Of a DNA stretch of 64,000 bases, positions 25,801 to 36,043 are shown piece after piece; position 1 is the first letter of the stretch, and each line of letters starts with the position of its first letter. The position numbers and the translations under genes were made by a program. Below the pieces are notes generated by a model that did no database searches, was not told the DNA's origin, and worked only from the letters and a program-made list of their open reading frames with translations. The stretch covers positions 56,704 to 120,703 of the forward strand of contig JBDRLQ010000004.1 of assembly GCA_043812915.1 (NCBI GenBank). The letters are read 5' to 3'. The DNA comes from Candidatus Micrarchaeota archaeon. Lineage in GTDB: Archaea; Micrarchaeota; Micrarchaeia; Anstonellales; Bilamarchaeaceae.

Positions 25801-27603
25801 CTAGCTGTTCTGATGCTTTTTCAGGGTCCTTCGCCCCGTTTTCTTGTGCGGGCTTCTGTTATGGTCATCAGAGGATTTTACTATCCGCAGCCGGATAATA
25901 TTTGATAACTTGCGCTCGCGGAGGATTAGCCAGAGGGAAGAGGCTCTAATGGCGCTCCAAAGGAATAGCGCTGAAGCAATCCCGATGGGTATTGATATCC
26001 AGTTGAAAATATCCGGCAGAAAGAGCGAATCCACGATTATGTAGGTGTTGGAGAACAACATGAAAAATCCGCCTCCGATGACTAGGTTCCTGACTATCGA
26101 CGCGCGGCTAGTATGGGGCGTGGTCCTTGAGAAAATCGTAGAAAGGGCGTCGAAGAGGTGCTTGATGGAAAGCAAAATGCCTCTTAGTGGCAGCAAGGAG
26201 AACACCGTGAATACCGAAAGAATCAGTACGTCTTCCCCAATCCGGATTCCAGCCACAGACACTTCCGGCTCTATCAGGTCCCTGGTTACAATGAATAGAA
26301 GCAGTACACTCACCAGATAAAGCAGGTCCATCGCCCCCTTCTTGAATTCCGAGATGAGGAGCGAATGGAAAAAACCTTCCGGCTCGAAAGCGCTAATCAC
26401 ATTCCTGAAGTATCCGGAGCCATCCCTCATTGTCGACAGAACTGGCTGCGGGACGTGTTTCTTGAGCCATGCGTATATCTCCTCGCTGCGGCCGAGCGCC
26501 AGCGAGCTCGTTACCGAAGTGAGTAGCACTCCCACTGAGGCAAGGCCTACAACGTCGGCCTGGAACAATCCATCTCCCTCCTTGGCAATTAGCAGCGAGA
26601 ACTCTCCGAGTGGCAGCATCGCCAGGCCGGAAAAAACAGAAGAACGTCCGCTCCCGCTAATCAGGAAGAAGGCAAACATGGTCGAAAAAAAGACAGTTAC
26701 CATAAAGGCACAGATAAGAAGTATGTTCATTCCAAGGGACGATAGCAGGCTTGCAGGGTCAATAAGCATGCCTATCGAGAGGAAGAAAAACGAAGAGAAT
26801 ACCTGGCCGAAGGGCTTTATGGAGCGCTCGAACTCAGCGCCGTTCGGAAGGCCCGCCATGATGCTTCCGGCCAGGAACGCGCCAATAGCCGGGCTCAGCC
26901 CAAGTATGGAGGCGAGAATGCTCATGCCAATTCCAAGCGCGAAGGAGAACAAAATAATCGAGTCCTCAGCCTGATATCGCATGAAGGTCTGTGCGAATTT
27001 CCGCAAAAGCTTGAGCAGCACTACATAGCTGAAGCCAAGTATTCCGAAAGAGATGATTGCTGCTCCTACCATCCCTTCAAGATTCGCCGTGCCTGTTTTA
27101 AGGGATGAGAAGAAAGTCAGCATAAAGACCGCAATAAGGTCCTCGATTATCAGTATCGCGACAAGGACGTGCACTTCATGCTTCTTGTCCATCCCCTTCT
27201 GCTGGAGTATCCTCATCATTATGGCAGTGCTGCTGAGGGAAAATATGGCTGCAATGAAAAGGGATGAGATAAGGTCGAAGCCTATGAGTATTGCAACCTC
27301 ATGCATTATCGTGAAAGTGATCAGCATGAGCAGCATACTACTGATTATCGCCCGCAAGCCCGCTGAAAGCAGCTTTGTTACGCTGAACTGAACCCCTATC
27401 ATGAAGAGTAGCAATATGGAACCAATTTCCGCGAAGGTTTCTATTGTCGGAAGGTTCGCTAGGCCAAGGACGTTCGGGCCAATGATCATCCCTCCTACTA
27501 GCAGTCCGGCGACCGGCGGGAGCCGAAGCCTCACAGAAAGTACTCCTGCTACCATTGCAAAGAGCAGCACCCACTCTAGATTAAGCACTACTTCATTTTC
27601 CAT
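25801..27603 (-). CDS. Cation:proton antiporter (CPA2 / KefB-like) with extra C-terminal TMs
   Basis: GMIIGPNVLG, LSSTAI, ILIIEDL, GAFLAG, FFLSIGM, PLGEFSLLIA. Confidence 0.92.
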   Translation of the reverse strand: MENEVVLNLEWVLLFAMVAGVLSVRLRLPPVAGLLVGGMIIGPNVLGLANLPTIETFAEIGSILLLFMIGVQFSVTKLLSAGLRAIISSMLLMLITFTIMHEVAILIGFDLISSLFIAAIFSLSSTAIMMRILQQKGMDKKHEVHVLVAILIIEDLIAVFMLTFFSSLKTGTANLEGMVGAAIISFGILGFSYVVLLKLLRKFAQTFMRYQAEDSIILFSFALGIGMSILASILGLSPAIGAFLAGSIMAGLPNGAEFERSIKPFGQVFSSFFFLSIGMLIDPASLLSSLGMNILLICAFMVTVFFSTMFAFFLISGSGRSSVFSGLAMLPLGEFSLLIAKEGDGLFQADVVGLASVGVLLTSVTSSLALGRSEEIYAWLKKHVPQPVLSTMRDGSGYFRNVISAFEPEGFFHSLLISEFKKGAMDLLYLVSVLLLFIVTRDLIEPEVSVAGIRIGEDVLILSVFTVFSLLPLRGILLSIKHLFDALSTIFSRTTPHTSRASIVRNLVIGGGFFMLFSNTYIIVDSLFLPDIFNWISIPIGIASALFLWSAIRASSLWLILRERKLSNIIRLRIVKSSDDHNRSPHKKTGRRTLKKHQNS

Positions 27604-27679
27604 ATACGCACCGGGAGGATACGCAAGCGAGACTTTAGAGCAAACTTGTTTATATTCCTTTTGAGGCTAATTGTTGGCT

Positions 27680-28972
27680 ATGATTACCAACATAGGCACT
27701 ATTTTTGCTGAGAAATTAGAAGGCAAGGATGTTGCTTTACGCGGATGGGCATATCGCCACAGGACGGCAGGCAAGATGGTCTTTGTTACCATGCGGGACC
27801 CGACCGGAATCCTTCAGCTGACAGTTAAACAGGACAAGGTGGATGAGAAAGCATGGAAGGACGCCAATGATACCTATGTCGAGAGCTCGTTCACCGTGCA
27901 GGGCCGCGTCGTCAAGGACGAGAGGGCGCCGGGGGGATACGAACTGCAGGTAACTGACTACACGCTTATTTCAAGGGGCGAGCCATTCCCGATTGCCAAA
28001 GACCTGAGCGAGGAATACCTGCTTGACGTCAGGCACCTATGGCTGCGCTCGCAGAAGATGAACAACATCATGAAAGCGCGCCACCATATCATCAACCACC
28101 TTCGCGCTTTCTTCGACGAAGAAGGGTTCTACGAGGTTGCGCCCCCAATCATAACACGCTCTGGATGCGAAGGCGGTTCCACGCTTTTCGAGATGAACTA
28201 TTTCGGCGAAAAGGCTTACCTTACGCAGAGCTCGCAGATGTACGCCGAGGTTTTTGTTTTCTCTTTGGGAAAGGTCTTCGTGATGGCGCCTTCTTTCCGT
28301 GCCGAGAAGTCCAGGACAATAAGGCACCTTGCCGAGTACTGGCACCTTGAGCCTGAGATGGCATTCTATGACCATGAGATGAACATGCAGTTGCAGGAGG
28401 CGATGGTCGTATACGTCGCCCAGAAGATGGTAAAAGAGCATCCTGAACTGCTGGAGGCATGCGGAAGGAACCCGGAGGACCTGGCGAAAGTGAAAGGCCC
28501 GTTCGAGCGCATGCACTACAATGACGCGGTGGACAAGGTCAACGAGCTTGGCGGCAAGATGGAGCATGGCGATGATTTCGGGACCCCTGATGAGGCGGTG
28601 CTGACAAAAGAATTGACCAAGCCTCTTTTCATAGAGAAATTCCCCAAGAAAATCAAGTCATTCTACATGAAGGAGGACCCGAGCGATCCGGATCACGTGC
28701 TGGCAAATGATTTGCTGGCCCCGGCCGGCCACGGAGAAATCATCGGTGGCTCCGAGCGTATCTGGGACTATGACGAGCTGATGGCCAGGATGAATGAGGA
28801 GAAGCTCGACATGAAGGACTATCAGTGGTATGTTGATTTGCGCAAGTATGGCAGCGTGCCGCATTCAGGATTCGGGCTCGGGATAGAGCGGTTCGTGAAG
28901 TGGATGCTCGATGTGCCCCATATCAGGGACGTCATCCCCTTCCCAAGGACAATCACCAGGTGCTATCCATAG
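27680..28972 (+). CDS. asnS: Asparagine--tRNA ligase
   Basis: OB-fold N-terminus, RHLWLRS, YLTQSSQMY, FRAEKSRTIRHLAEYW, GEIIGGSER, PHSGFGLGIER. Confidence 0.95.
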   Translation: MITNIGTIFAEKLEGKDVALRGWAYRHRTAGKMVFVTMRDPTGILQLTVKQDKVDEKAWKDANDTYVESSFTVQGRVVKDERAPGGYELQVTDYTLISRGEPFPIAKDLSEEYLLDVRHLWLRSQKMNNIMKARHHIINHLRAFFDEEGFYEVAPPIITRSGCEGGSTLFEMNYFGEKAYLTQSSQMYAEVFVFSLGKVFVMAPSFRAEKSRTIRHLAEYWHLEPEMAFYDHEMNMQLQEAMVVYVAQKMVKEHPELLEACGRNPEDLAKVKGPFERMHYNDAVDKVNELGGKMEHGDDFGTPDEAVLTKELTKPLFIEKFPKKIKSFYMKEDPSDPDHVLANDLLAPAGHGEIIGGSERIWDYDELMARMNEEKLDMKDYQWYVDLRKYGSVPHSGFGLGIERFVKWMLDVPHIRDVIPFPRTITRCYP

Positions 28973-29451
28973 GGGCGACAATAAGGAAAGCGAAACTCAA
29001 GGATGTTCCACAGATAATCAAATTGTGGCAGGAGCTCATCTCATGCCACAGGGAAACGTGCGGGTATGATGAGCCTCTTTTCAGGTATGGGGAGGGGTAC
29101 CTTCCAATCCAGACGAAATGGACTGAGAAATGCATCCGCTCTAGGAACAGCCTTGTCCTAGTCGCCGAGCATGAAGGGAAACTTGTCGGCTATGCCAATG
29201 CGGGGATAGCCAAGCTTCCCGAGATTCTCATGCACAACAGGGAAATCCACATGAACGGAATCTACCTTCTGCCAGGATTCAGGAGAAAGGGGATAGGAAC
29301 GAAATTGTTCTCTGAAATAGCGAAGTGGGGGAAGAGGAGAAAGATATTCTCAATCGGCCTGGTGGTGAGCGTGCACAACAAGAATGCCTACAAGAGCTAC
29401 TGCAAGCTGGGCTTTGATGGGCATCACATCAAGATGAGCAGGGTCATCTGA
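28960..29451 (+). CDS. GNAT family N-acetyltransferase
   Basis: IRKAKLKDV, LVAEHEGKLVGY, FRRKGIGTKL (motif A), NKNAYKSYCKLGF. Confidence 0.9.
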   Translation: MLSIGATIRKAKLKDVPQIIKLWQELISCHRETCGYDEPLFRYGEGYLPIQTKWTEKCIRSRNSLVLVAEHEGKLVGYANAGIAKLPEILMHNREIHMNGIYLLPGFRRKGIGTKLFSEIAKWGKRRKIFSIGLVVSVHNKNAYKSYCKLGFDGHHIKMSRVI

Positions 29452-29457
29452 TTCCGG

Positions 29458-31071
29458 CTAAGGCCCATTCTTTTTTATTTTTGAATACTCTTTCGCAAGG
29501 TCCCCCACCTCGATGAGCTTGCCGTTTGCAGATTCCACCGTAGAGACGGCATCCACAAAAACGCTTCCTGAATATGCCTTCTGGGACTTGAGCCTTGAGA
29601 TATGGCTGGCATAAGCGGCAATCACCTTTTTCTCAAGGATGCCAGAGGTCCTCTTCAGCTTCTTGAGCAGTCTTTGGTCTATCTCAGGGAAAGGGCTCAT
29701 GGCAATCCTGAAATTTTCCCGGAAGCGCTGGTAAACATCATTAAGTTCAGTCTTGGCGTCCTCCGAGAAGTAGGATCCGGATCGATTCATTCCCTGGAAG
29801 CCTTTGGCCATCCCCTCCGCATTGTCTCCGATGCGCTCAAGGACATTGGAAATCCGGACTAGGAGCACAATCCTCCGTGCCTCGTCTTCGGTGAGCCTGC
29901 GTTTCGAAAGCTCGACCAGGGCGGAGCTGATTTTCTTGTCCAGAAAGTCGTTCAAGACCTCAAGCTTCGAGACCTTCTGCATCTTCTCATCACTGTAGGC
30001 CTTGATCAGGGAGATTGAATTGTCAAAAAGGTCAACGGTCACCTGTATCGAGTAATTTAGCTCGTTTTCTATTAGGGCAAATGCCTCAGCGTTCCTTTCC
30101 GGGAGCCCGTTGCTGAGGTACTTTGTGTGCAGCAGAATCTCCTTTTCTGTTCCTGGCACCACCCGCCGTACGATTGCCTCGAACTGCTTGAACGCGACGA
30201 GGAAGACTGCAAGGGCCGCGAAGTTGAATATCAGGTGCGCGTTAGCAATCTGTCTTGCCTCGTTCCCGCCCAAATAAGCCACGAATCCCTCAAAGGGGCC
30301 CAGGAATGGGAGTATCAGCAGCACCCCGATAATGTTGAATAATATGTGTGATGCTGCCGCTCTCCTGGCATAGAGATTCATCTTCGCCGAGGCAAGGAGC
30401 GCTGTGATTGTTGTGCCGATGTTCGCCCCAAGGATAAGAGGTATTCCCTGCGCCATCGTCAGCATCCCCTCGCTAGCAAGCAGCACGACAATGCCTGTCG
30501 TTACAGAGCTCGACTGCACAAGGTTCGTGAAAAGGAATCCTGCGATGATGCCCAGCAGCACATTGTCAAACATGGTGAGTATCATGAGGGCCTGCGGGTC
30601 ACTCTTGAACGGGGCCAGCGCGTCGGATATGAAAGTCAGGCTGAAGAATACAAGGCCGAAGTAGAAAATCGGCTTTCCGATGAACCTGTACCTGCCGCCA
30701 ACGACACTGAGCAGGAAGCCCAGTACAATGAAAAGCGGACCAAAGCTCGTTAGCTTGAACGCGACCAGCTGCGCCGTAACTGTGGTCCCTAGGTTGGAGC
30801 CCAGTATGATTCCCAGGCTCTGCGTGAATGAGATTATTCCTGAATTGACGAGCCCGACCGTTATTGTTGTCGTGGCAGTGCTCGATTGTATGACTGCGGT
30901 GATCGCGGCGCCAAGAAGTGCCCCGAATACCGGCCGTTTCGTAATCCTGGCAAGGGCGCTCCTGAATCTTTCTCCTGCCACCCGCTGCACTTCCTTGCTG
31001 AAGTTCTCTATCCCGTAAAGGAAAAGTATCACTCCAGGCACAACAGCGAAGAGCAGAGCCAGCTCGTCCAT
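29458..31071 (-). CDS. Na+/phosphate cotransporter (NptA-like) with PhoU-like C-terminus
   Basis: Duplicated QSSTAT/QSSSVT and GSNLGTT/GANIGTT motifs; LERIGDNA. Confidence 0.95.
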   Translation of the reverse strand: MDELALLFAVVPGVILFLYGIENFSKEVQRVAGERFRSALARITKRPVFGALLGAAITAVIQSSTATTTITVGLVNSGIISFTQSLGIILGSNLGTTVTAQLVAFKLTSFGPLFIVLGFLLSVVGGRYRFIGKPIFYFGLVFFSLTFISDALAPFKSDPQALMILTMFDNVLLGIIAGFLFTNLVQSSSVTTGIVVLLASEGMLTMAQGIPLILGANIGTTITALLASAKMNLYARRAAASHILFNIIGVLLILPFLGPFEGFVAYLGGNEARQIANAHLIFNFAALAVFLVAFKQFEAIVRRVVPGTEKEILLHTKYLSNGLPERNAEAFALIENELNYSIQVTVDLFDNSISLIKAYSDEKMQKVSKLEVLNDFLDKKISSALVELSKRRLTEDEARRIVLLVRISNVLERIGDNAEGMAKGFQGMNRSGSYFSEDAKTELNDVYQRFRENFRIAMSPFPEIDQRLLKKLKRTSGILEKKVIAAYASHISRLKSQKAYSGSVFVDAVSTVESANGKLIEVGDLAKEYSKIKKNGP

Positions 31072-31126
31072 AGAAAAAGAATGGGTTCATAGTTTTTAAA
31101 GCTAATAGGAAGAAAAAAAGGAAAAC

Positions 31127-31588
31127 TCATTCGTCGTCGGCGTACCTGTAGTAGCCGTTGACGAACTTATAATCGAAGAGCTCGCTTGCCTTGAAGAACC
31201 TTGGCACTTCCTTCGCCGCTGTCTCAACGGAGTCGGACGCGTGGATTACGTTCCTGGAGGTGCTGTTGGAGAAGTCGCCGCGGATTGTCCCTGCCGGGGC
31301 TTTCGTCGCGTTGGTCGGGCCCACGATGAGACGGACGGTCTCAACTGCTTCCTTTCCCTCAACGACCATCCCTATAATGGGGTTTCCGGTCATGAACTTC
31401 TCAAGGTCAGCGTAGAAAGGCTTGTCGACAAGGTGAGCGTAGTGCTGCTTGGACACTTCAGGCGTTAGCCTGAGCATCTTCATGCCGACTATCTTCAGGC
31501 CCTTCTTCTCGAACCTTGCGGTAATCTCTCCGACAAGTCCTCTCTGGATTGCATCAGGCTTAATCAGGAGAAGTGTTCTCTCTGCCAT
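31127..31588 (-). CDS. ndk: Nucleoside diphosphate kinase
   Basis: ERTLLLIKPDA, PAGTIRGDF, RNVIHASDS. Confidence 0.98.
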   Translation of the reverse strand: MAERTLLLIKPDAIQRGLVGEITARFEKKGLKIVGMKMLRLTPEVSKQHYAHLVDKPFYADLEKFMTGNPIIGMVVEGKEAVETVRLIVGPTNATKAPAGTIRGDFSNSTSRNVIHASDSVETAAKEVPRFFKASELFDYKFVNGYYRYADDE

Positions 31589-31593
31589 CAGAA

Positions 31594-31842
31594 TCACTTC
31601 TTTTTAGGCTTCTCCTTCGTCTTCTCCGTGGGGGCATCTGCTTTCTTGGCCCTCGTCCTGGTGCTTTCCTTGAACTTCTTGGCGGCTGTGGTCCAGTTCT
31701 GCCTCCTTCCTTCCCTTCTCAGCACGAGCATATTCTTCTTGCACTTGCTGCAACAGAAGCGGTAGACAGTACCATCCTTTTTCGCGTAGGTGAGCCCGGT
31801 CCCCTTCGAAATCGGGTCATCACAGAATGAACAGTTGAACAT
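31594..31842 (-). CDS. rpl24e: 50S ribosomal protein L24e
   Basis: CSFC...GTG...DG...FCCSKC...WT. Confidence 0.95.
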   Translation of the reverse strand: MFNCSFCDDPISKGTGLTYAKKDGTVYRFCCSKCKKNMLVLRREGRRQNWTTAAKKFKESTRTRAKKADAPTEKTKEKPKKK

Positions 31843-31853
31843 TTTCAATCCCT

Positions 31854-32066
31854 CTATCTAGCCTTGATTTCCTTGGCTTCCCTGTCCGTGTCGAGAAGGA
31901 CGATTATCATCCCTTTTTTCACAGGACCCTTTATGTTCCTGAGGATGACACGCCCTGCATCGGGACCCTCGAGCACCTTGCAGAGGACCTGATAAATCTC
32001 GCCATATACGCCGGTCTTTGTTCGGACCTCGACGATTTCGGCGGGAACGGCTTGTTTCTCTACCAT
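31854..32066 (-). CDS. rps28e: 30S ribosomal protein S28e
   Basis: KTGVYGEIYQV, RNIKGPVKKG, DREA. Confidence 0.95.
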   Translation of the reverse strand: MVEKQAVPAEIVEVRTKTGVYGEIYQVLCKVLEGPDAGRVILRNIKGPVKKGMIIVLLDTDREAKEIKAR

Positions 32067-32080
32067 GAGTATCACTCAGT

Positions 32081-32458
32081 TTATTCTTTCTTCTCCTCTT
32101 TCCCCGGCTTCGGGAGTTTCTTCAGTATGTCCGCCAGCTTCTCAGCTGCAGAGCCTCCGTTTTCCACCGCGACCGCGGAAGTCCCGACAGCCATTCCAAT
32201 GCTCTCTCCTAGTTCCTTCTTGGTCGGAACGAACGCGTATGGCACTCCCTTCTCCTTGCAGAGAATCGGTATGTGCACCACAATCTCTTCAGGGCTGACA
32301 TCCCCGGCCATCACCACGAACTGCGCGGTCTTCCTCTCAACGGACTTGGTGGTCTCGTTGATTCCCTTCTTTACCTTGCCGTCATCCTTGGCGACAGAGA
32401 GCATCTCTACTATCTGGGGCACAAGTTCAGCTGGTGTTTCTACGTCTATGTATGCCAT
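32081..32458 (-). CDS. rpl7ae: 50S ribosomal protein L7Ae
   Basis: GKVKKGINETTKSVER, DVSPEEIVVHIPILC. Confidence 0.97.
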   Translation of the reverse strand: MAYIDVETPAELVPQIVEMLSVAKDDGKVKKGINETTKSVERKTAQFVVMAGDVSPEEIVVHIPILCKEKGVPYAFVPTKKELGESIGMAVGTSAVAVENGGSAAEKLADILKKLPKPGKEEKKE

Positions 32459-32463
32459 TTTTT

Positions 32464-32492
32464 CACCTCAATTCTTTCAAACTTCATCGGTG
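32464..32492 (-). promoter_or_regulatory. Kink-turn in rpl7ae 5' UTR sequestering the SD
   Basis: Minus strand CACC-GAU-GA-AGUU...AAUU-GA-GGUG: C-helix CACC/GGUG, 3-nt bulge, tandem G.A pairs; GAGGUG is the SD. Confidence 0.75.
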
Positions 32493-32664
32493 TTTTTACA
32501 ATTCGATGAAAATTTGCGCTGCGTCTTCTGTAAGAACAGCTTAGTTAGTATTATAGGACTTGTTTATAAGTCTTATCATATGTGGTTGCGACGTCCGCTA
32601 TTCCGCTCCGTCCAAGAAAGATTGGGAAAAAGCTTTATAAATACTTTATATCACTGATTATCAC

Positions 32665-32952
32665 ATGCAGAAAAGAATGCTCAGCGCAAGAACTGCCAAA
32701 CAATCATGCTGCCCCTCCAGCATCACCCCCCGGCAGGGCGGCGAATTCCATAATACAAACCTGCCGGAGTTGACAGCGCTTGCGGCCATCGCCAAAGCAA
32801 TTGAAGATTTTTCCTGCGGGCAAAAAACCCAGCCGATAGTTCTGGAGGCAGCAGTAATGGCAAATGCCGAGAGGCGCCTTGACCTGCTGGTGGAAGCGCA
32901 TGGAATGAAAGCGATTTCAGCATTGAGAATCGCCAACAGGGGCGGAAAATAA
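32665..32952 (+). CDS. Hypothetical protein
   Basis: 95-aa ORF with TTTATAAATA box about 23 nt upstream (leaderless pattern). Confidence 0.5.
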   Translation: MQKRMLSARTAKQSCCPSSITPRQGGEFHNTNLPELTALAAIAKAIEDFSCGQKTQPIVLEAAVMANAERRLDLLVEAHGMKAISALRIANRGGK

Positions 32953-33564
32953 GCCTTTTTTACCACACTACTATTTAATCGGTCTCTTTTTTTACGTCGG
33001 AAAAACAATTCTCGGCAGTAGCTTTATAAACCCTTATTCCCGTATATACTGCTACGCATTTTTTGTGAGGCGTTTTCAAATCACGAGAAATCGTATTGTG
33101 GAAATCTAATGCTTTTAGATTTGACTCACGCTTCAAGAGCAATAATCTGAGTGCAAAAACGTTCAATTCCTTGAACAAAAAAAGTACTTTGAATTCGTGA
33201 AATAACCAAGCAGAACATTTGGAGTAATAACTCCAGTTGATCCTGCTGGAGGGTACTGCTATCAGACTTCGACTAAGCCATGCAAGTCAGCTCACTCACT
33301 TGGGTGGGCGGCAAAAGGCTGAGTAACACGTGGTCAATCTGCCCTGAGGACGGGTATAACCTTGAGAAATTGAGGCTAACTCCCGATAGGCGATCTATGC
33401 TGGAATGCTTGATCACCTAAACGGCTGATGAATTGGAATCAGTCCGCCTTAGGATGAGACTGCGGTGGATTATGGTAGTTGGTGGGGTAATGGCCTACCA
33501 AGCCGATAATCCATAGGGGCCATGGGAGTGGTGGCCCCCAGAAGGGAACTGAGACAAGGTCCCT

Positions 33565-33595
<31 letters not shown>

Positions 33596-33696
33596 CTACA
33601 ATGCGCGAAAGCGTGATAGGGGGAGTCTGAGTGGTGACAGCTTTGCTGTCATCTTTTGCCAAGTCTAAATAGCTTGGAGAATAAGGGTGTGGGCAA

Positions 33697-33749
33697 ACAC
33701 ATCTCTTATAGACGGTGTTTTATCAAACGGTCCTTAGGGAGTGGCCTAA
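33697..33749 (+). other. 53-nt BHB-type intron in 16S rRNA (about E. coli 509/510)
   Basis: Helix GGGC/GCCT, bulges AA^A and AA^G, inner stem CAC/GTG; excision restores GGGCAAGACTGGTG. Confidence 0.85.
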
Positions 33750-34017
33750 GACTGGTGGCAGCCGCCGCGGTAACACCAGCGCCTCAAGTGGTATCCACGA
33801 ATATTGGGCCTAGAGCGTCCGTAGCCGGATTTTCAAGTCCACTGTGAAATGTTGGGGCTTAACCCTAACGCGCGCAGTAGATACTGTTAGTCTCGGGAAC
33901 GGGGGAGGGTCGGAGTACATCCAGGGTAGGGGTAAAATCCGTTGAGCCTGGATGGACTACCAGTGGCGAAGGCGCCGACCCAAAACGTGTCCGACGGTGA
34001 GGGACGAAAGCTAGGGT

Positions 34018-34048
<31 letters not shown>

Positions 34049-34151
34049 AGCTGTAAATGATGCAGACTGTGGTGTTGCATGTGAGTAATCATGTGCAGTG
34101 CTGTAGCGTAGGTGTTAAGTCTGCCGCCTGGGGAGTACGGTCGCAAGACTT

Positions 34152-34185
<34 letters not shown>

Positions 34186-34319
34186 CCGTGGATGCTACGG
34201 TTTAATTGGATACAACGCCGGAAATATCACCAGAAGCGACGGCAGAATGAAGGCCAGACTAAAGATCTTGCCTAACGAGCCGAGAGGTATTGCATGGCCA
34301 TCGTCAGCTCGTGGTGTGA

Positions 34320-34356
34320 ACATGTTCAGTCAATAACTGTTCTGTTCATGACACAA
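34320..34356 (+). other. 37-nt BHB-type intron in 16S rRNA (about E. coli 1080/1081)
   Basis: Helix GTGT/ACAC, bulges GA^A and AA^A, inner stem CATG/CATG; excision restores CTCGTGGTGTGAACTGTCC. Confidence 0.85.
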
Positions 34357-34912
34357 ACTGTCCAGTTAAGTCTGGCAACGAGCGAGACCCATGCCCTTAG
34401 TTACTAACTTTTCCTCCGGGAGAGGTGTACTCTAAGGGGACTGCCCGTGCTAAATGGGAGGAAGGAGTGGGCGACGGTAGGTCAGTATGGTCCGAAACTT
34501 CTGGGCTACACGCTGCATACAATGGTCGGCACAATGGGCCGCGACGCCGAGAGGCGGAGCTAATCCCCGAAAACCGGTCTAAGTTTGGATTGAGGGTTGC
34601 AACTCACCCTCATGAAACTGGAATGGCTAGTAATCGCGAGTCACTATCTCGCGGTGAATGTGTCCCCGCTCCTTGCACACACCGCCCGTCAAGTCACCCA
34701 AATGTTTTTTCGGTGAGGTCTTGGTTCATGCCAAGTTCGAACCGGGAGGACGTGAGGGGGGCTAAGTCGTAACAAGGTATCCGTAGGGGAACCTGCGGAT
34801 AGATCACCTCCAAATATTTACATTCACACTGTAGATATTCATGGAATACGAGTGTGCGAGAATCAAAGGAAATTTTGTACCAGATTACTCTATATGAAGC
34901 GTGAGTCTTTTC

Positions 34913-35374
34913 CTATTTACTTTTCAAATTCTTATCTGTAAATTGAAAAAAAGGTTCAGCTTTTGCCAGGCAGGCCTTGGTGCCCGCCCCATCAAGCTTT
35001 TCAATTTCCCTTTCAGTATCCTTTGCGACCTTTCTTACCGCATGATGGGAGAATTCCACTGCTTTTGGAACTGATGTGCCTGCCCATCTCGTGCAGCCCT
35101 GGGAAAGGCCAATCCTGAAAGCCCTCAACAACTCACAATCCTTGACCTCAGAGAGCCACGCAATCGTTCCTCTGAGCCTTCTGAAAGCGTCCTGCCGGAC
35201 CTCCAGTGTCTCATGGCGGAGCTGGGCAACTACCCTGATTGTGCTCAGGCGGACGTTATCCTCTTGGGATAGGGCGCAGATGGAATGCCCGAGAAGCTCG
35301 TGCAGGTCCCATTTTTTCTCATTGGACGCATGCACTGGCACGGCCTGCACTCTGCGGATTGCTTTTTTCTGCAT
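34913..35374 (-). CDS. Hypothetical protein
   Basis: 153-aa ORF, TATA-like TTTTAAA upstream. Confidence 0.55.
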   Translation of the reverse strand: MQKKAIRRVQAVPVHASNEKKWDLHELLGHSICALSQEDNVRLSTIRVVAQLRHETLEVRQDAFRRLRGTIAWLSEVKDCELLRAFRIGLSQGCTRWAGTSVPKAVEFSHHAVRKVAKDTEREIEKLDGAGTKACLAKAEPFFQFTDKNLKSK

Positions 35375-35536
35375 TCGGAGTCGCCTCTTGTCCTAATTGG
35401 GAAATGAGATTTAAAAATGCAATCAAAATCTGGCGGGAAACAGGAAAAACAAGGAAAAGAAAAGGTGAACGGCAAGCCCGCAGGGCAACCGCAGGTCGAA
35501 TCCGGAACACCCAGGTGATATGACCTCCCTCTTGGA

Positions 35537-35752
35537 TCACATGCCTACGGCGGAGATGTCAATCTCATTCAGCATCCGGTAGACGGTCATGTGGGACAGG
35601 CCCACCATGGAAGCGACCTTCCTGACGCTGAGCCTGTCGCAGAAGTAAAGCTCTACGACCTTGGCGAGGCTCTGAGCGTCTCTGCCTACCCTTGGTCTCC
35701 CTCGGCGGGGAGGCCTTGTCCTGCTGTCACCGGGCCCACTTGGAGCGTTCAT
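35537..35752 (-). CDS. Small DNA-binding protein (AT-hook-like RRGRPR + HTH)
   Basis: PRRGRPR; LSVRKVASMVGLSHMTVYRML resolvase/sigma-r4-like HTH; SD AAGGTGA. Confidence 0.8.
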   Translation of the reverse strand: MNAPSGPGDSRTRPPRRGRPRVGRDAQSLAKVVELYFCDRLSVRKVASMVGLSHMTVYRMLNEIDISAVGM

Positions 35753-35950
35753 ACCATATTCACCTTCTTTTCCTCATTTTTTGTGCCCTCGGGGAGAGCA
35801 TAAGCTCCCCCCTACGAAATCGTATGTCACCTGCCATACCCCGGGCTACCGGGAAACACGGCGATAACGCTGATTCCCAAAAGTTTCAGCGAAAGAGTTT
35901 CAGGATCTCACGGGCCAAAGGCCCATCCTTTCCCCTTTACGTGGCGCTTG

Positions 35951-36043
35951 TCACAGCCACCTAAAGATGGTGTGGCCAATATGACAATAAATAGTACTGG
36001 GCTTCTGCATGACAACGTCATTCATTTTTTCCAGTTTTTTCAT
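35951..36043 (-). CDS. Putative 30-aa leader peptide MKKLEKMNDVVMQKPSTIYCHIGHTIFRWL
   Basis: Near-perfect SD AAGGAGGTG 7 nt before ATG; TATA TTTAAATA upstream; not in ORF track. Confidence 0.6.
   Translation of the reverse strand: MKKLEKMNDVVMQKPSTIYCHIGHTIFRWL

Noticed and set aside
25560..25803. Possible TAG read-through or decayed coding tail after the antiporter
   Set aside because: Extension is short and motif-free, other frames have several stops, and TAG is used as a normal stop elsewhere in the window
35495..35512. Minus-strand GGGTGTTCCGGATTCGAC resembling a tmRNA 5' end
   Set aside because: No matching 3' T-arm/CCA half or tag frame nearby; tmRNA is not known in archaea
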